Of a stretch of DNA of 64,000 nt, positions 29,323 through 47,269 are shown piece after piece. The notes below the pieces were generated by a model. It was not told where the DNA came from, ran no database searches, and saw only the letters and a program-made list of their open reading frames with translations. Where the stretch lies: assembly GCA_964016885.1 (NCBI GenBank), contig OZ024748.1, positions 49,972,001 through 50,036,000 of the forward strand, written 5' to 3'. The stretch is from Eledone cirrhosa (taxonomy: Eukaryota). Numbering within the stretch: the stretch's first letter is position 1; each line of letters starts with the position of its first letter. The position numbers were made by a program, and so were the translations under genes.

Positions 29323-29463
29323 ACATATACAGACACACATTCAAATAGACAAACACATATATACATTCAACACCTCACTGACTCACACACACACACAAAA
29401 ACACACATATACAGACACACATTCACATAGACAAACACATACATGCATTCAACACCTCACTGA

Positions 29464-29503
<40 letters not shown>

Positions 29504-29640
29504 GAGACACACATTCAAATAACCAAGCACATACATGCATTCAACCACTCACTGACACACACACACAAACACACTCACACGCATAAAGAGACATACATAC
29601 AAACACCCAAACACACACATACATTCAACCATTCACTGAT
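28760..29640. repeat. Minisatellite: conserved core separated by variable (CA)n
   Basis: About 12 units of ATAGAGACA..CATTCAAATAGACAAACACATACATGCATTCAACC.CTCAC. Confidence 0.88.
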
Positions 29641-29672
29641 AAACACGCATACACACTCATTCTAACAAACAT

Positions 29673-29728
<56 letters not shown>

Positions 29729-29775
29729 CTGTATCAGAGTGTTTGCGAATAATTATACATTTTTGAGTCAATATT

Positions 29776-29878
<103 letters not shown>

Positions 29879-30584
29879 CATGTATATATCTGTGTGTCTA
29901 TATATGTATATACATATACATATATATATGTATATAAGTTTGTATATTTGTTTGTAAGTAAACATATACAAGCATACATATTTATATATATAAATATATA
30001 TGTCGCAGGTGAGTTTTATTGTAGTACAATAAAGCAATGCAGATATCGGATAAGAAGCACTCAACAGTTTGTAGGACTAGAGTATACATAATATATAAGA
30101 ACAAAAGATGGAACTCTTTTAACCATCTTTTGTTCTTATATATAAATATATAAATATATAAATATATATATATATATAAAAAAAGAAAATGTCGCTCTAC
30201 ATGGCTGAATACAACAAAGGTAATCTGAGGTTTTCGAATATTAATAATAACATTCGATTCGTTTGTAATTATGCAAACAAGCCTCAATTTTATAGCCATG
30301 TCAGTAGAATGAACACTTCATTCTTGCTCTTGTGTTGGCATGCGAAGATATTTATATATATATAAATATGTATGCTTGTATATGTTTACTTACAAACAAA
30401 TATACATATATCTAAATTTGTACCTCGTTTTTTTCTTTTTCTGTGTCATAAACAATATTGCATTCTAAATAATCTATCACGAATATGAGCGAAGCAAATA
30501 TTTGAGTATTTTTCATAGAAAAATTATTCATGCTTATATAAGCGTTGATATATACGCCTACACTGATGCATGTATTAGCCATAG

Positions 30585-30738
<154 letters not shown>

Positions 30739-30742
30739 ACAT

Positions 30743-30773
<31 letters not shown>

Positions 30774-30849
30774 TACACACATATACACACACACACACAT
30801 ATATAAATATATATATATATTTATATATATACATATATATATAATTATA

Positions 30850-30898
<49 letters not shown>

Positions 30899-30964
30899 AT
30901 ATATATATATATATATACATATATATATAATTATATATATATATATATATATATATCTATATAT

Positions 30965-31026
<62 letters not shown>

Positions 31027-31562
31027 ATTAATAAAGGAGCAAAACAAACACAGGGATGCAAAAATACACGGTTATATTAGGTTCAGCGTAAATGTGTGTG
31101 TGTGTATATATATGTGTGTGTGTGGTGTGTGTGTATGTGTATGTATGTATGTGTTCATCAAAGTTGATGTAAAAAAAAAAAACGTTAACGAAATCTGGAA
31201 ACAAAAGATTATCGCCGTCGTACACCAAAGATATATACAAAAAATATACAGAAAAATAGGTACAAATGTAATGGCGAAAAACGAAACAAAGAAGATTCAC
31301 GTAATATGCCAAAATAACAATATCAACATCAAGTGCCCAACAAACCAACTCATGTCATGCTGCAAAGAAAACTTTTTCGGATAATAATAATTAAAAAGAA
31401 TACTTTCTTCATATATTTTTCACACGTTTCTCAAAGATTTATAATCTGTAAAGAAATAAGACAAGAACAAGTATAAAAAAAAAAGAAAAAAAAGAAAAAA
31501 AATGGAAAGTAAAATAAGGAACTAGAGAAAACAAAATATACACACTCACAGAAACACACCTT

Positions 31563-31632
<70 letters not shown>

Positions 31633-31884
31633 CATTTATCTATCTACCTATGTATTTCTATATATGTATGTAACGAGAAATAACAAAGCAAACTACACAC
31701 ACACAGATATATATATATATATATATGCGTGTATGTGTTTGCATCTCTCTCCCACCTCACTCTATATAAATGTATATATACATATGCTTGTGTGTGTATC
31801 TCTATCTATCCCCCCCCCCACTATATATATATATATATGTTTTAATATAGAAGAGGTGTTTCATTCGTGAGAAATCATCAAGAA

Positions 31885-31932
31885 GCTCCTGATAATTTCT
31901 TACGAATGAAACAGTTCTAGTCCTGTAGAAGC
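31885..31932 (+). ncRNA. Hammerhead-like motif inside a fold-back insert
   Basis: gctc CTGATAA tttc ttac gaat GAAA cag ttctagtc ctg TA gaagc. The inverted arm (31857-31886) preserves gcttc TTGATGA tttc tcac gaat GAAA ca, so the two arms together restore a canonical gcttc CTGATGA..gaagc. Confidence 0.62.
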
Positions 31933-32014
31933 TCTTCTATATTAAAACATTTATACTCTGCTATATATTGAGGACCTTACTGACTGTTGTTACCTCCGAT
32001 TCAACCTAGAATAA

Positions 32015-32060
<46 letters not shown>

Positions 32061-32067
32061 AATATAC

Positions 32068-32198
<131 letters not shown>

Positions 32199-32592
32199 TA
32201 ACAAATGGAGTCTATATTTATAAAACCATATTTATTTCATTATACATATTTCAACCTATACATATTATAACCTATGCATATATATATATATATATATATA
32301 CGTCAATACTCATCTTTTTCCATTTCTCACACTATCAGGCTAAATAATTTCTTTAATTTCTTTAGTCAAAATACGGCGATAGCTTACATTTCTAATAATA
32401 TATATATATATATATACATGTAAAGTTATATTTAAAATTGTTGGGTTACAACTAGTAAATATTTATAACTGATATAAAAGCACTCGACAAATATTTGGAG
32501 TATATTTACAATATTAGAGTAAACCTCTTCAAATGAAGTTGATGTTTATTACGGTATGTCGAATATATTTATCTATAAAACTGTTTATATTG

Positions 32593-32658
32593 TATTTTGT
32601 CTGATGAAGGCATAGCATATTGTTAATATGATATCCCCGAAATATATATAATGAAATA
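32593..32658 (+). ncRNA. Type I hammerhead ribozyme, family A
   Basis: tattttgt CTGATGA aggcatagcatatt gtt aatatgatatcccc GAAA tatata TA atgaaata. Confidence 0.78.
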
Positions 32659-32696
32659 AATATGGTTTTATAAATATAGTTTTCCATTTATTTAAT

Positions 32697-32765
<69 letters not shown>

Positions 32766-32919
32766 ATTGCTACTATCAATAATAAATATGTAAACAAAAA
32801 GCACCAGTTGCACGTTTATCTGATTATAGTTAAGACTAGAATTGGGAGAAAAAATAAAACATATTTTCAGAACTGAAATAGCACATACCAAACACACAGC
32901 CACACACAAAGAGAGAGAG

Positions 32920-33345
<426 letters not shown>

Positions 33346-34260
33346 TACATGTCCATGCACCCTCTACACAGAAACGTGAAATGACTCTATTCAAAGCAAA
33401 CGAAACAATGGCACTAATACATATATATATTCATATATGTAATATATATATATTTATATATATATATATATATATACGTGTATACATATATACATGCATA
33501 GATTCATGCATGTATATACCTACACACACAAACAAACACACACACACACATATATATATATAGACACACACACACACACATATATATATATACCCATATA
33601 TATATATATATGTATATACATATATGTGTATACATACACACACATACATATATACCCATATATATATGTATATACAGAGACTTTCAGTATGGTGGGGGAT
33701 TGGACAAGTTACAGATGACTGTGTATGTACAGAGTTACCGACTTATGAAATCTTGTTTTACTGATATTTTATATTATTTAACAGATAAGACTAACTTAGC
33801 TAAATATTTCTATGTTCTCTTTATAGAGTACCATGTTCAATCATTGTCGTTTTTCTCTCCCAGATATTACAATTTCTTATGTGTCTTATCGTTTGGCTGT
33901 AGATATATATTTATTTTTTTAGCTATTTTTGTCGTCAGGATCCACCATTTTGTTCTGACTACAGCCATATTATGTATTAAAGTATTTCGTTCACACGTCA
34001 TACTTATTCAGAACTAGGTTTCAATACATATTTACATCATATTAGATTATATTCGTTCTTGTCATTGTGCTAAATGCGACCATTTTGGGCCACGAGTTGA
34101 AGTCTTTCTTTATACAGTCGATCAAATCAAGTACAGTATCTGAATAGTTCTATTTAAGTATTGGATTGGATATATTTTATTGATCCCAAGCTATCAAACA
34201 GGTGTTTTAATATTTCGGTGGAAATGAAGATATCTTCACTGACGCTCCATTTTACTACGG

Positions 34261-34338
<78 letters not shown>

Positions 34339-34348
34339 TATATATATT

Positions 34349-34407
<59 letters not shown>

Positions 34408-34476
34408 CGTATATATATATATATATATATATACAAACACACATACATATACACACACGTATATCACGTATATCAC

Positions 34477-34516
<40 letters not shown>

Positions 34517-34533
34517 TTCATATCATGTATCCC

Positions 34534-34604
34534 TATTTTATATGATGAGAACGCAGATATCATCCCATGATAATATTTGTTTTTGAAATGCGCATAATAA
34601 AATA
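34534..34604 (+). ncRNA. Hammerhead-like motif (C3A mutated core)
   Basis: tattttat ATGATGA gaacgcagatat..atatttgttttt GAAA tgcgca TA ataaaata. Perfect 8-bp stem I, palindromic stem III. Confidence 0.65.
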
Positions 34605-34634
34605 CTCTGAACTCTTTTAACCATCTTTTGATCT

Positions 34635-34670
<36 letters not shown>

Positions 34671-34675
<5 letters not shown>

Positions 34676-35076
34676 TAATATATCTACCAACATATGTATA
34701 CAGATGCATACCTATGCTAGCAGATATATATGTTTTGTCTTTGTAACTTTGTGGTTCTATGCAGGGGAATGCAGAACAATTATATGAAAGACGTAAATAA
34801 GAAAGTTATGAAAATTGACTTACTTACTAAAATTTCACTCCAACTAATTAGTTTCTGTAAGGGGATAAATATAGTTACGTAATAACTATAGAGAAGCCTT
34901 ACGTCATCAGGGAGTCTATTCTCAGCTAAGTTTCTAGGCAATGCGGGGACACTGGGAACTTATATAAAAATAATTCAGTGGATGGAAAAAAGTGAGTGGG
35001 GCTAGATTCCAAGCCATTTTAGTTGGAGTGAAATTTTAGTAAGTAAGTCAATTCTCATAACTTTCTTATTTACGTC

Positions 35077-35082
<6 letters not shown>
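34671..35082 (-). mobile_element. HHR element family B with inverted terminal arm
   Basis: About 34783-34846 is inverted at about 35020-35083. 34671-34785 is homologous to the reverse complement of 54790-54901. Confidence 0.72.
34837..34915 (-). ncRNA. Hammerhead ribozyme with extended stem II, family B
   Basis: actcc CTGATGA c gtaagg cttctc tatagtta ttacg taactata tttatcc ccttac a GAAA ctaattag TT ggagt. Confidence 0.75.
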
Positions 35083-35136
<54 letters not shown>

Positions 35137-35346
35137 AGAGTAAAATTACAAACCCTCCATCTCATTCTACTTTTGGAAAGCATAAGAACTGTGAAACCGG
35201 TAAAGGAAATAAATAAATATTATTAAAAAGACTCCAGTTGCATTTTCGATTTCTTTTCCTTATATTTTCACTCGTGCGGGATATCTCAGTTTCTTATATT
35301 CGTTGTTTTTTCATTTTCATATATATATATTTATATATACATACAT

Positions 35347-35561
35347 AGTGAAGGCGTGTGGCTGAGTGGTTAGAGAATTGGATTCGCAATCGTGAAGTTG
35401 TGAGTTCGATTCCTGGACCAGGCGATGCGTTATGTCCTTGAGCAAGACACTTTATTTCACGTTGCTCCTTCTACCTGGAGTTGCGACCGATAGATAGTAT
35501 TAGCAATTGGAAAGACCAACGGAAACATTGTTTCCTCGGTCCGATTTGACGAAAGTCGATC
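35347..35561 (+). mobile_element. tRNA-derived CORE-like SINE family 2
   Basis: A box TGGCTGAGTGG, B box GAGTTCGATTCC, CORE-like TGTCCTTGAGCAAGACACTT. Near-identical inverted copy at 21949-22163. Confidence 0.85.
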
Positions 35562-35576
35562 GCTGAAAAAAAAAAA

Positions 35577-35616
<40 letters not shown>

Positions 35617-35630
35617 ATCCATATTAAATT

Positions 35631-35696
35631 TTCCTTCTGATGAACGACTTCGGACGCCTCTGTTGAGTCGCCTTTGTGAAACCTTGGGTTATGGAA
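35631..35696 (+). ncRNA. Hammerhead-like motif
   Basis: ttcctt CTGATGA acgactt..gagtcg cctttgt GAAA cc ttg gg TT atggaa, in a ~100 bp insert between (TA)n tracts. Confidence 0.5.
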
Positions 35697-36842
35697 TAAT
35701 TGTATTGTGTTGTTATATATATATATATATATATTGAGTTAAGAACTCAGAGTAGTCTCTTACAATTAAATAGCTCTAAGGAAAAAGCTTTTACGAGCCG
35801 TACAATATAATTGAATAAACAAGAGAGATGATCACTAATATAAACATATATGTGTTCGAATCGTAAGGACCAAATTTGCTAGGGTGAAAAAATACTAACT
35901 ACAGCAATATGGTTTGTTATACTTAACTTTAAATATTAAATTAAGAAAAATAAAAAAAATAACACACCTATATTGGGCAAAAAAAAAAAAAAAATATATA
36001 TATATGATGTGTATGTGGAAGAATAAAGCAGAGACAATATGTTTCACTTTGAGTATTTAAAGGTGTGATAAAGGGTCAGAGATACCTCAGTAACTGTATG
36101 AGAACACGAAATACTAGTATTTCAGGGTCTCCATTCGTATTCTTAAACGTTCATTCACTAGGTACTGATGCAAAATACGCTGATAGCTTTAAATATATTT
36201 TATTTGAAAATAATACATTTAGGAAGAAGTTCATTTGCATAAGTTGTCATTTTGAAATATTTCAATTTGATTTAGATCAACAGAATTTTATATATTTCTC
36301 GCAGGCTTTGTACGAAGTGTAATATTTTCTTCTGATACTGATGTACTGTTCTTAGATGACAAGGAGAATGTATGTACTATAGTCACTTAAAACTTGCCAT
36401 CAATCATTTATGACCTTTATATTCAGGAGAATTAATGCTAACGTGTTACCAATTTTATTTCACTAAGGACCATGTCAATTTCTGTTGTGGAGAGATAACT
36501 ACGATTGACTCGACACCAATGGAGGAATATTAAGTTACAGAGAAACAATAAAAAAGAAACCAAAAACAAGAACAACATCAATACAACATCAACAACGAAA
36601 CAACATTACATCAACAATAACATTGGTAAGTAGAAAATAAGATAACCATGGATAGAACCTCTACATAATCCTTCCGTCGACTAGAAATAGCAACCACAAA
36701 CTACCCCAAATCACATCCACAATGAATACCTGAAAAGAAAAATAGGAATTTTGCAGGTAAAAAATATTTGATCATATTTGGACTCGGTTTACGGGTGAAA
36801 ATATATCTCCCTCAGTTCAGTGACGCACAAATACACACAGAA

Positions 36843-36963
<121 letters not shown>

Positions 36964-36966
36964 CTC

Positions 36967-37027
<61 letters not shown>

Positions 37028-37029
37028 CT

Positions 37030-37086
<57 letters not shown>

Positions 37087-37262
37087 GCACGCACACACAC
37101 ACAGACACACGCACACACACGCAGGCGCGCCACACACACATCTCTCTCTTACACACATTATAAAGACACATTAAGTAACAATAGAATGAATGCACTTACA
37201 AAATATCTTATCTGTAAATATATTAATATTAATATTAATACACACATATATATATATATGTA

Positions 37263-37347
<85 letters not shown>

Positions 37348-37863
37348 TTTACATACATAACAGAGGTTTTTAAAGTGTTTCAATGGAGCTTATCACCTTA
37401 TTTATATTTCTCGGGTAGATTGTTTGTTGTATTTGTGGTGGGTAGGCAAGAAAAGAGTAAAACATCTCTAGCTTTCATGTGAAACAAAGATAAAATAGTA
37501 TCAATGGTTAAATAACAGAAATGCATCAATAAACACATAAATAAATTCTTTTTTCCCGTTCGACCAATGAATTGAAAAAAATCCGTTATATATGTGGATA
37601 GAAAAATATATGATTAAATAAATAAATGGACGTCTAAATATGATTGCCAGAAATGTAGACGGTTTTGCTTATGGATAAATGTAAAATGTGGCAGAAAAAT
37701 TCCTTCTCGTTGTCTATCATTCTCTCTTTCTCTTCCAGTCAGTCTTTTTTTTATTTATATCTGTCAGTATATCTCTCGTTTTTCTTTCACGGGAAGACGC
37801 ACAGATACACAAGTACCCAGAGGGCCACAGGAACACAAACACACACTTACACACATTCACACG

Positions 37864-37916
<53 letters not shown>

Positions 37917-38982
37917 GCACACACACATACACACACATATATATATATGTCATTTGGTGAATGAAAAAGATGGAGGCGTTTGGTGACCATACAAGTATAG
38001 GATAAGAAAAATACTGTATTAAAAAGATAGAAATGTTATTACATATCAAATGATTCCTATGTAAGGAAGAGAGACGCTGGTCTAATTAAACACACAAAGT
38101 TGAGCCAAGTTCTACTGAAGAAGAGAAAGCAGATATTTAATATAACTGTATATAAGAGAGATATTTTATAACTATATATATATAGCTGCAGTTTAACATT
38201 GCAGAAATGGTAAATGATGTTAAAAGTAGAGATTATTGTAATACTACGCTCTAGGAAGGAGGAAGAGCTTGCACATGTCAAAGAGCCTCTCTCATTGGGT
38301 CATCATGTGTAAGAGGGTCAATCAGATGTAGGCTTTGCAAAGGGGTTCAGCAAAGCTAAAATAAAACGAAGAAATAGAACTTAATGAAACCACACTCTAT
38401 ATGTACGTTTGCTAAACGACCTTTCACTAATTCTCGAGTTCATTCTTCCTTGTAGATAGGTATTCTTTATTGTCTTCCACACAACAAAATAAGGCCTTTG
38501 ACTGGGTGGTTGCGTGTGAGTACCGATATAGTCCCCGACATCTTGATCATGAAATCTCGTAGTACTGTTTCACATATTTATCACTACAAAATCATTTGAT
38601 CCGATCTGACAAATACATTTTAATATAAATGAAATTCAATTAAAAGATTCTTCAAACATAGCAGAAATGTAGGCAAATAACAAGCAATAAAGATTAAGCA
38701 TATTTTTGTTATTTAAAAGATATTTTCGTAGATACTAGAAATATAAAGCAATTAACGGATAATGCGAGTTTAAAAAAATATATATGACCCTATTATCTAA
38801 CGTAACACGAATTACAACATCAGAAAAAAATTATTTTAGGATTTTATGTGAATTAGAAAATATCTTAAGAGAACACTGAACAGTGAAAAATAATAGACGA
38901 TAATACGATAGGAATAAGAGATTATTTTAATATACTGAAACTTATATATCTATATGTATTTGTATATATTTACATAATTACA

Positions 38983-39052
<70 letters not shown>

Positions 39053-39101
39053 GCTATCTATCTATCTAACTATCTATCTATTATATCTATATACATATCT
39101 A

Positions 39102-39202
<101 letters not shown>

Positions 39203-39257
39203 ATATCCATATATAAACATATGTATATATGCATATATATATATATATAATTATATA

Positions 39258-39410
39258 TAATTGTTTCTACTTTTTGGCACAAGGCCAGCAATTACCCAGT
39301 GCATTACTGGTACTTTATCCCCGTAAGGATGAAAGGCAAAGTTAACCTCGGCGAGATTTGAACTTTTTTGCTGCAAAGCATGGCGTCCGACCCTCTACCG
39401 ATACTGCCAA
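39258..39410 (-). mobile_element. SINE family 1 copy with internal deletions
   Basis: Tail, body and head motifs present in reverse complement. Confidence 0.8.
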
Positions 39411-39416
39411 ATGATT

Positions 39417-39448
<32 letters not shown>

Positions 39449-39450
<2 letters not shown>

Positions 39451-40445
39451 TATTATTGTTCTTTGAGTCTCAGTCATTGATGTTATTTAACTGGAAAGTT
39501 TGTTGAAATGAATATCAAGCCACTACCTGCAGCCTCAGATATTCAGGACGTATCGGAGGGGTTTTGCTGTTCCCAGCAAGCATGCCTTTTGAAGTGTTCC
39601 AAAAAGCACCAATTTTCTTTAACCATCCTTGGAAACTCTTTGAGATAGTACCTAGTGCGCCTATGACAATCGGGACCACTTTGACTTCATGGCAGTTCCA
39701 AATCCTTTTTACACCCCCCCCCCCACTTTAAGTCCTGGTATCGGTTAATTTTCTCCCTCTCCTTCTCTTGCCATCTCGTGTCGAATGGGCAGGTCACATC
39801 CACAATCAGGCACGATCTTTTTCCCTTGTCCAAAACCACCAGGTCAGGTGTATTGTGTTTCAGTTTCTTGTCCGTCTGTATCCTAAAATCCCACAGGACC
39901 TTCACCTGATCGTTTTCCATCACCGACTCTGGCTTATGCTCATACCACTTCTCAGAATGTGGTAAATTGTTTACTTTGCATAGGTGCCAGTGGATCATCC
40001 TGCCCACCAAATCATGTCTCCAGCCTTTATAGTGTTTACACTCGGATACAATGTGAGCCACAGTCTCCTCTCTCTCTCCACAGATCCTACACAGTGAGCT
40101 AGCCTCCTCCTTGTAAATATGGTGTTTCAGCCACTTCGTTTTGAGGGCCTGCTCTTGCGCAGCCATCAGCATTCCTTCTGTAGCCTTTTTAAGGTCTCCT
40201 CTTTTCAACCAGTTCCATGTCTGTGGATCTCTAAATTCAGTTTTCTCAAAGAAGGTAGTATGAAGGGATTTTTCATGAAGGTTGCTCTTTCTCCTTGTTA
40301 TTATTATTTCCTCCTTGCACATCCCCTGGTCTATTGTCCTCTCCTTCAGTACAATTCTGAGCATTGGCTCCTTACTATCAGTTACATATTTGTGTAGGTT
40401 GTTTTTCTCCATCTGAACACAGTCCTCTATGGTCGATATTGTATC
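39449..40445 (-). mobile_element. R4/Dong-like RLE-type non-LTR retrotransposon, 5'-truncated 3' end
   Basis: ORF 39687-40412 has AAQEQAL, CCHC finger CRICGEREETVAHIVSEC, RHD, LWDFRIQTD and PDLVVLD..DVTCPFD (restriction-like endonuclease). It continues after a frameshift as VVPIVIGALG..QKACLLGTA. The 3' end is AACAATAATAAT next to (TA)n. Confidence 0.88.
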
Positions 40446-41028
40446 TAGTAATCGTGTTCTCAGAGGCTAATCTAACCAGTGTTCTACCAAATTGCCTGCC
40501 TCGGGGGATGACATTTTCATGCATCCATCAAGCCTCTTTACATGTCAATTTGTACACGTGTCGACTTTTCACCCATATATACCTGAACATGACAGTACAT
40601 TTTACTGTATTTCTAGGACCCTTGTTCATAGCGACAATAAAGTAGTCCTGTCTCATCTTAGCTGCTTGAATTATATTTGTAGACCTATTAAACGGTTTCT
40701 AGTTCCACGGTTCTACATTATTGCTCACTGTCGTGATGATGATGTGGCCTTGTCGTAGTTTTCTGCTAATGTATATAGTAATGTTAATGATGATGATGAT
40801 GATGATGGTGTTGTTTTATAGTTGCCATGTTGTTGCTGCCTGTCACATTAGAAAGCGATGGGGCTGTCACTAACTTCGTTATTTATATTGTTCTTGATGG
40901 TGTTATTGTTGTTTGTTGCGAATGGCAAAAGCAGAAAACCTTTATCATAATTAACAACAACAACAACAACAACAACAACAACGACCACAACCACCACCAC
41001 CAACACCACCACCACATCCACCACCACC

Positions 41029-41091
<63 letters not shown>

Positions 41092-41135
41092 TTATTAATA
41101 ATAATAATAATAATAATAAAAACAACAATAACAAT

Positions 41136-41179
<44 letters not shown>

Positions 41180-41479
41180 CAACAACAATAATAATATAAC
41201 AAGGACGACAAGAAGAAGAAGAAGAAAAATAACACTAGAAACAATTATATCCATGTTAGCATCAAAGCATTTTCATTGTATTCTGATGATTACATCGGTA
41301 AATTGCAAGCGATTGGGTTAGAAAAATCTGTGTTTTTGTTGATATTGTTGTTCTTGGTTTTGCCCTTGTCATCGCTGTCGTCGTGTCGTCGTCGTTATGG
41401 TAGTCGTTAGTCAAACATAATACCTAGAAATTATTACGTAGATAATACGTATGTATGTATGTGGGATTACACGCACACA

Positions 41480-43350
<1,871 letters not shown>

Positions 43351-43540
43351 ATTAGTGTATATAATATAATAAAAATTGTGAAAATTGTAAGTATATTGAG
43401 AGGTCCATCTACTTTTTTTTCCACACAGATTTTATAGCAAATATATATTTCGGATATAAAAACAATTCTTTTCAAGTCCGGAAGTATAAAGTTAAATATT
43501 ATACGGTTGAGGAGATGATAATATATCTAACGCCAGACAA

Positions 43541-43578
<38 letters not shown>

Positions 43579-43585
43579 GTACATA

Positions 43586-43682
<97 letters not shown>

Positions 43683-43688
43683 CACACT

Positions 43689-43726
<38 letters not shown>

Positions 43727-44216
43727 CATATATATATATAGATATACAAATATATATAACAAAATATATATTACACTAAATATATAGATACAAAAATTTC
43801 TATACAAATATATATACAAATATACAAATATATACAAATATATGAACTAAATATATATACAAATATATATAAACTAAAGATATATTAGAGAGTCAACCAT
43901 ATCTACACTGTTTAAGTGGATTTAGTGTAGGCGGTGGGAAATATACAGTGTATCATCATTATACTGACGAAGTATATTTGAATCTCTTTAGAAGATAAAC
44001 CAACAAACGCCAGAGATTTTAATAATTACGACACGTCGTATAGCGTAGTGACTCTTACTTAATGTTATTACTTAACCCAGATGAACTATGGTCTTTGAAA
44101 GGAAAATTTTCAAATATCCTACATTTCTTTCCTCAAAACAAAAATGTACATATATACATACATACACACATACTTACACACACACACACAGACTCACACA
44201 CACTCACACACACATA

Positions 44217-44290
<74 letters not shown>

Positions 44291-44432
44291 AGTTTATGTT
44301 GGTTGTATACCAACACCTCAGTATGCAGGCTGGAGCACTCGACGAAGTGCGCAGGTTGGTTTGGTTACTCCGGAGTAGTGTAAAATAAAGTTAAATAAAA
44401 GTCAAATGATTCAAATTTAGCTTCGTTTATTA

Positions 44433-44485
44433 CTGCTATATATATTTCAGTGACAGCCATCTTTGGCTGTGACCTCTTCAGGCAG
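44433..44485 (-). ncRNA. Type I hammerhead ribozyme
   Basis: ctgc CTGAAGA ggtcacagcca aaga tggctgtcact GAAA tatata TA gcag, then AATAAA. Stem I ctgc/gcag. Confidence 0.85.
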
Positions 44486-44745
44486 ATATATGTATATATG
44501 TATATATATATATATATAGGAACGAGTAGGACCCCGACGGGTGAGCTCAAGCCGTTTCGACGGCTAATTCTGGACTAAATTATTATTTTTTTTATTTTTT
44601 AGTTTTATAGTCCAGAATTAGCCGTCGAAACGGCTTGAGCTCAGCCGTCGGGGTCCTACTCGTTCCTATTACCCACTCTACTACCCTAAGTATTGCGTAC
44701 TTTGGTGCGTTATGGTCTACCTGGTTCCTTACCACATTTCCTTCG

Positions 44746-45415
<670 letters not shown>

Positions 45416-45751
45416 ACATATATATATATATATATGTATGTATATATATATATATGTGTGTGTGTATATATATATATATGTATATATGAAATAAATTATG
45501 TGATTATACTATTATCTTTGGTATCTTCGGTTCATTAAGAGTCTAAAGAGGACGATTAAGTTATTAAATGCTCTTAAGGACGCTTAAGGTAGCAGAGCAT
45601 TAACATCCAATATTAGAAAAAAATAAAGATTATGAACTTATATTTATCCCTATATGAAGTCATAACCTTGATTTTCTCTAATATTGTATATATATATATG
45701 TCAAGTAAGAATATGTGTTGGTGTTAAGTAAGTATGTGTTGCTCAAGTAAG

Positions 45752-45935
45752 GTGATGTGTTGGTGTAAATGGTAGCACAGTGGTCCGGATAACCAAAGAT
45801 GTGGGTTCGACTCCGATGTACGTCAATACTCATCTTTTTCCATTTCTCCGAGGGTTCTTAACCCCACTATTAGGCTAAATAATTTCTTTAATTTCTTTAG
45901 TCAAAATACGGCGATAGCTTACATTTTTAATAATA
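45752..45935 (+). mobile_element. tRNA-headed short element family 3 ending in (TA)n
   Basis: TGGTGTAAATGGTAGCAC A box, GGTTCGACTCC B box, body CAATACTCAT..TTTAGTCAAAATACGG. Related copies at 17839-18025 and 32301-32400 (headless). Confidence 0.7.
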
Positions 45936-46120
45936 TATATATGTGTTTGTGTCTATATTGTATCTGTATTTTTGACCGTTGGTCAGTCAATGGCAACATT
46001 GAGGACCGAATAAATTAAATTAATCGATATAAAAGACACAGAAGCGAAAAGCGAAAACCAACCAAGAGTGAGTGTTTTCGGTTATTAATTCTGGCAATAT
46101 TACACAAATAAGACCCTCCC

Positions 46121-46172
<52 letters not shown>

Positions 46173-46272
46173 TGTGTGAGTGTATATATATATATATGTA
46201 TGTATATATATATATATAATTATAATAAAATAACAAGAGGCTGGACTTGTGTAAATCCTTGAAAGGTTTATT

Positions 46273-46330
46273 ATACTATGATCATTTCAATGACCGGGTT
46301 CCGTATGAATCCGGTGATATCATCAGGTAT
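46273..46330 (-). ncRNA. Type I hammerhead ribozyme
   Basis: atac CTGATGA tatcaccggattc atacg gaacccggtcatt GAAA tgatca TA gtat AATAAA. Stem I atac/gtat, palindromic stem III. Confidence 0.82.
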
Positions 46331-46834
46331 TCGAAATATAATAAATGAATGTAACGGTCGTCCTCGGGTCTATGATTTTCAGCCCCATCGATTTTATCTG
46401 TTACATTCATTTATTATATTTCGAATACCTGATGATATCACCGGATTCTGCTAAGGTGAAACAAATTTTCTCGGTATGGTGAATTAACTGTTGTGTAACC
46501 ACTTCTATATATATATTATTCTTAAATTCCGAAGTTGGAAATCATTCGGTTATTCTAAATAAAATATTAGTCTAAATTCCAAGAAACAAAATGAGAAACG
46601 TTCACTCAAAGTTATCTGGCAGAGGATTTAGATATTCCATTCACTATTCACACCATCAGCCGCTGTTGAACGTCCTCTCTTTTTTTAGTCACAAATATTG
46701 TATTACTTTACACAGACACGCACACACACACATACGCACGCACATAGACAAACAGACACACATACAAACATGCACTCACATACACAAACACACACACACA
46801 CCTAGACACACACTCATTCACTCACACTCGCACA

Positions 46835-46950
<116 letters not shown>

Positions 46951-47226
46951 TAACAGATTAAAGTTTAAGCAAAGAATCGCTGCTTTCACCCTTAACGGGA
47001 TCTTCTGAAACTAACAAAGTCAATCTGTAAACGCAGAAGTGGATATTTCAAAAAACGTTGCAATCGGAGGAAGACAGAAAGACGATACTTTGGTTCGTGG
47101 AAACGTTCCCTGGCAAAAAACGGGGAAAAAACGAATATAATACGTCATTATAAATATTTGCTCTACGGTTCTTATATATTTGATATATATTTATCCTTGG
47201 ATTTTAGTCTTCAAATTTATTATTAT

Positions 47227-47269
<43 letters not shown>

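Noticed and set aside
28760-29640. CRISPR-like repeat/spacer pattern
   Set aside because: The spacers are just variable (CA)n, the repeats are degenerate, the context is eukaryotic and there are no cas genes.
35347-35430. tRNA genes (also 45755, 17845, 52861)
   Set aside because: A and B boxes are present, but there is no intact cloverleaf and they continue into SINE bodies present in multiple copies.
40827-41321. Poly-Asn/His ORF
   Set aside because: (AAC)/(AAT)/(CAC) microsatellites with no domain or splice evidence.
43435-43478. TTGAAAA..GAAA tatata TT on the minus strand
   Set aside because: Resembles a U3-A8 hammerhead, but stems I and II do not pair convincingly.
46425-46477. Second hammerhead on the plus strand
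   Set aside because: It is the inverted duplicate of the 5' half of the 46273 ribozyme joined to other sequence. Stem II/III geometry is not canonical.
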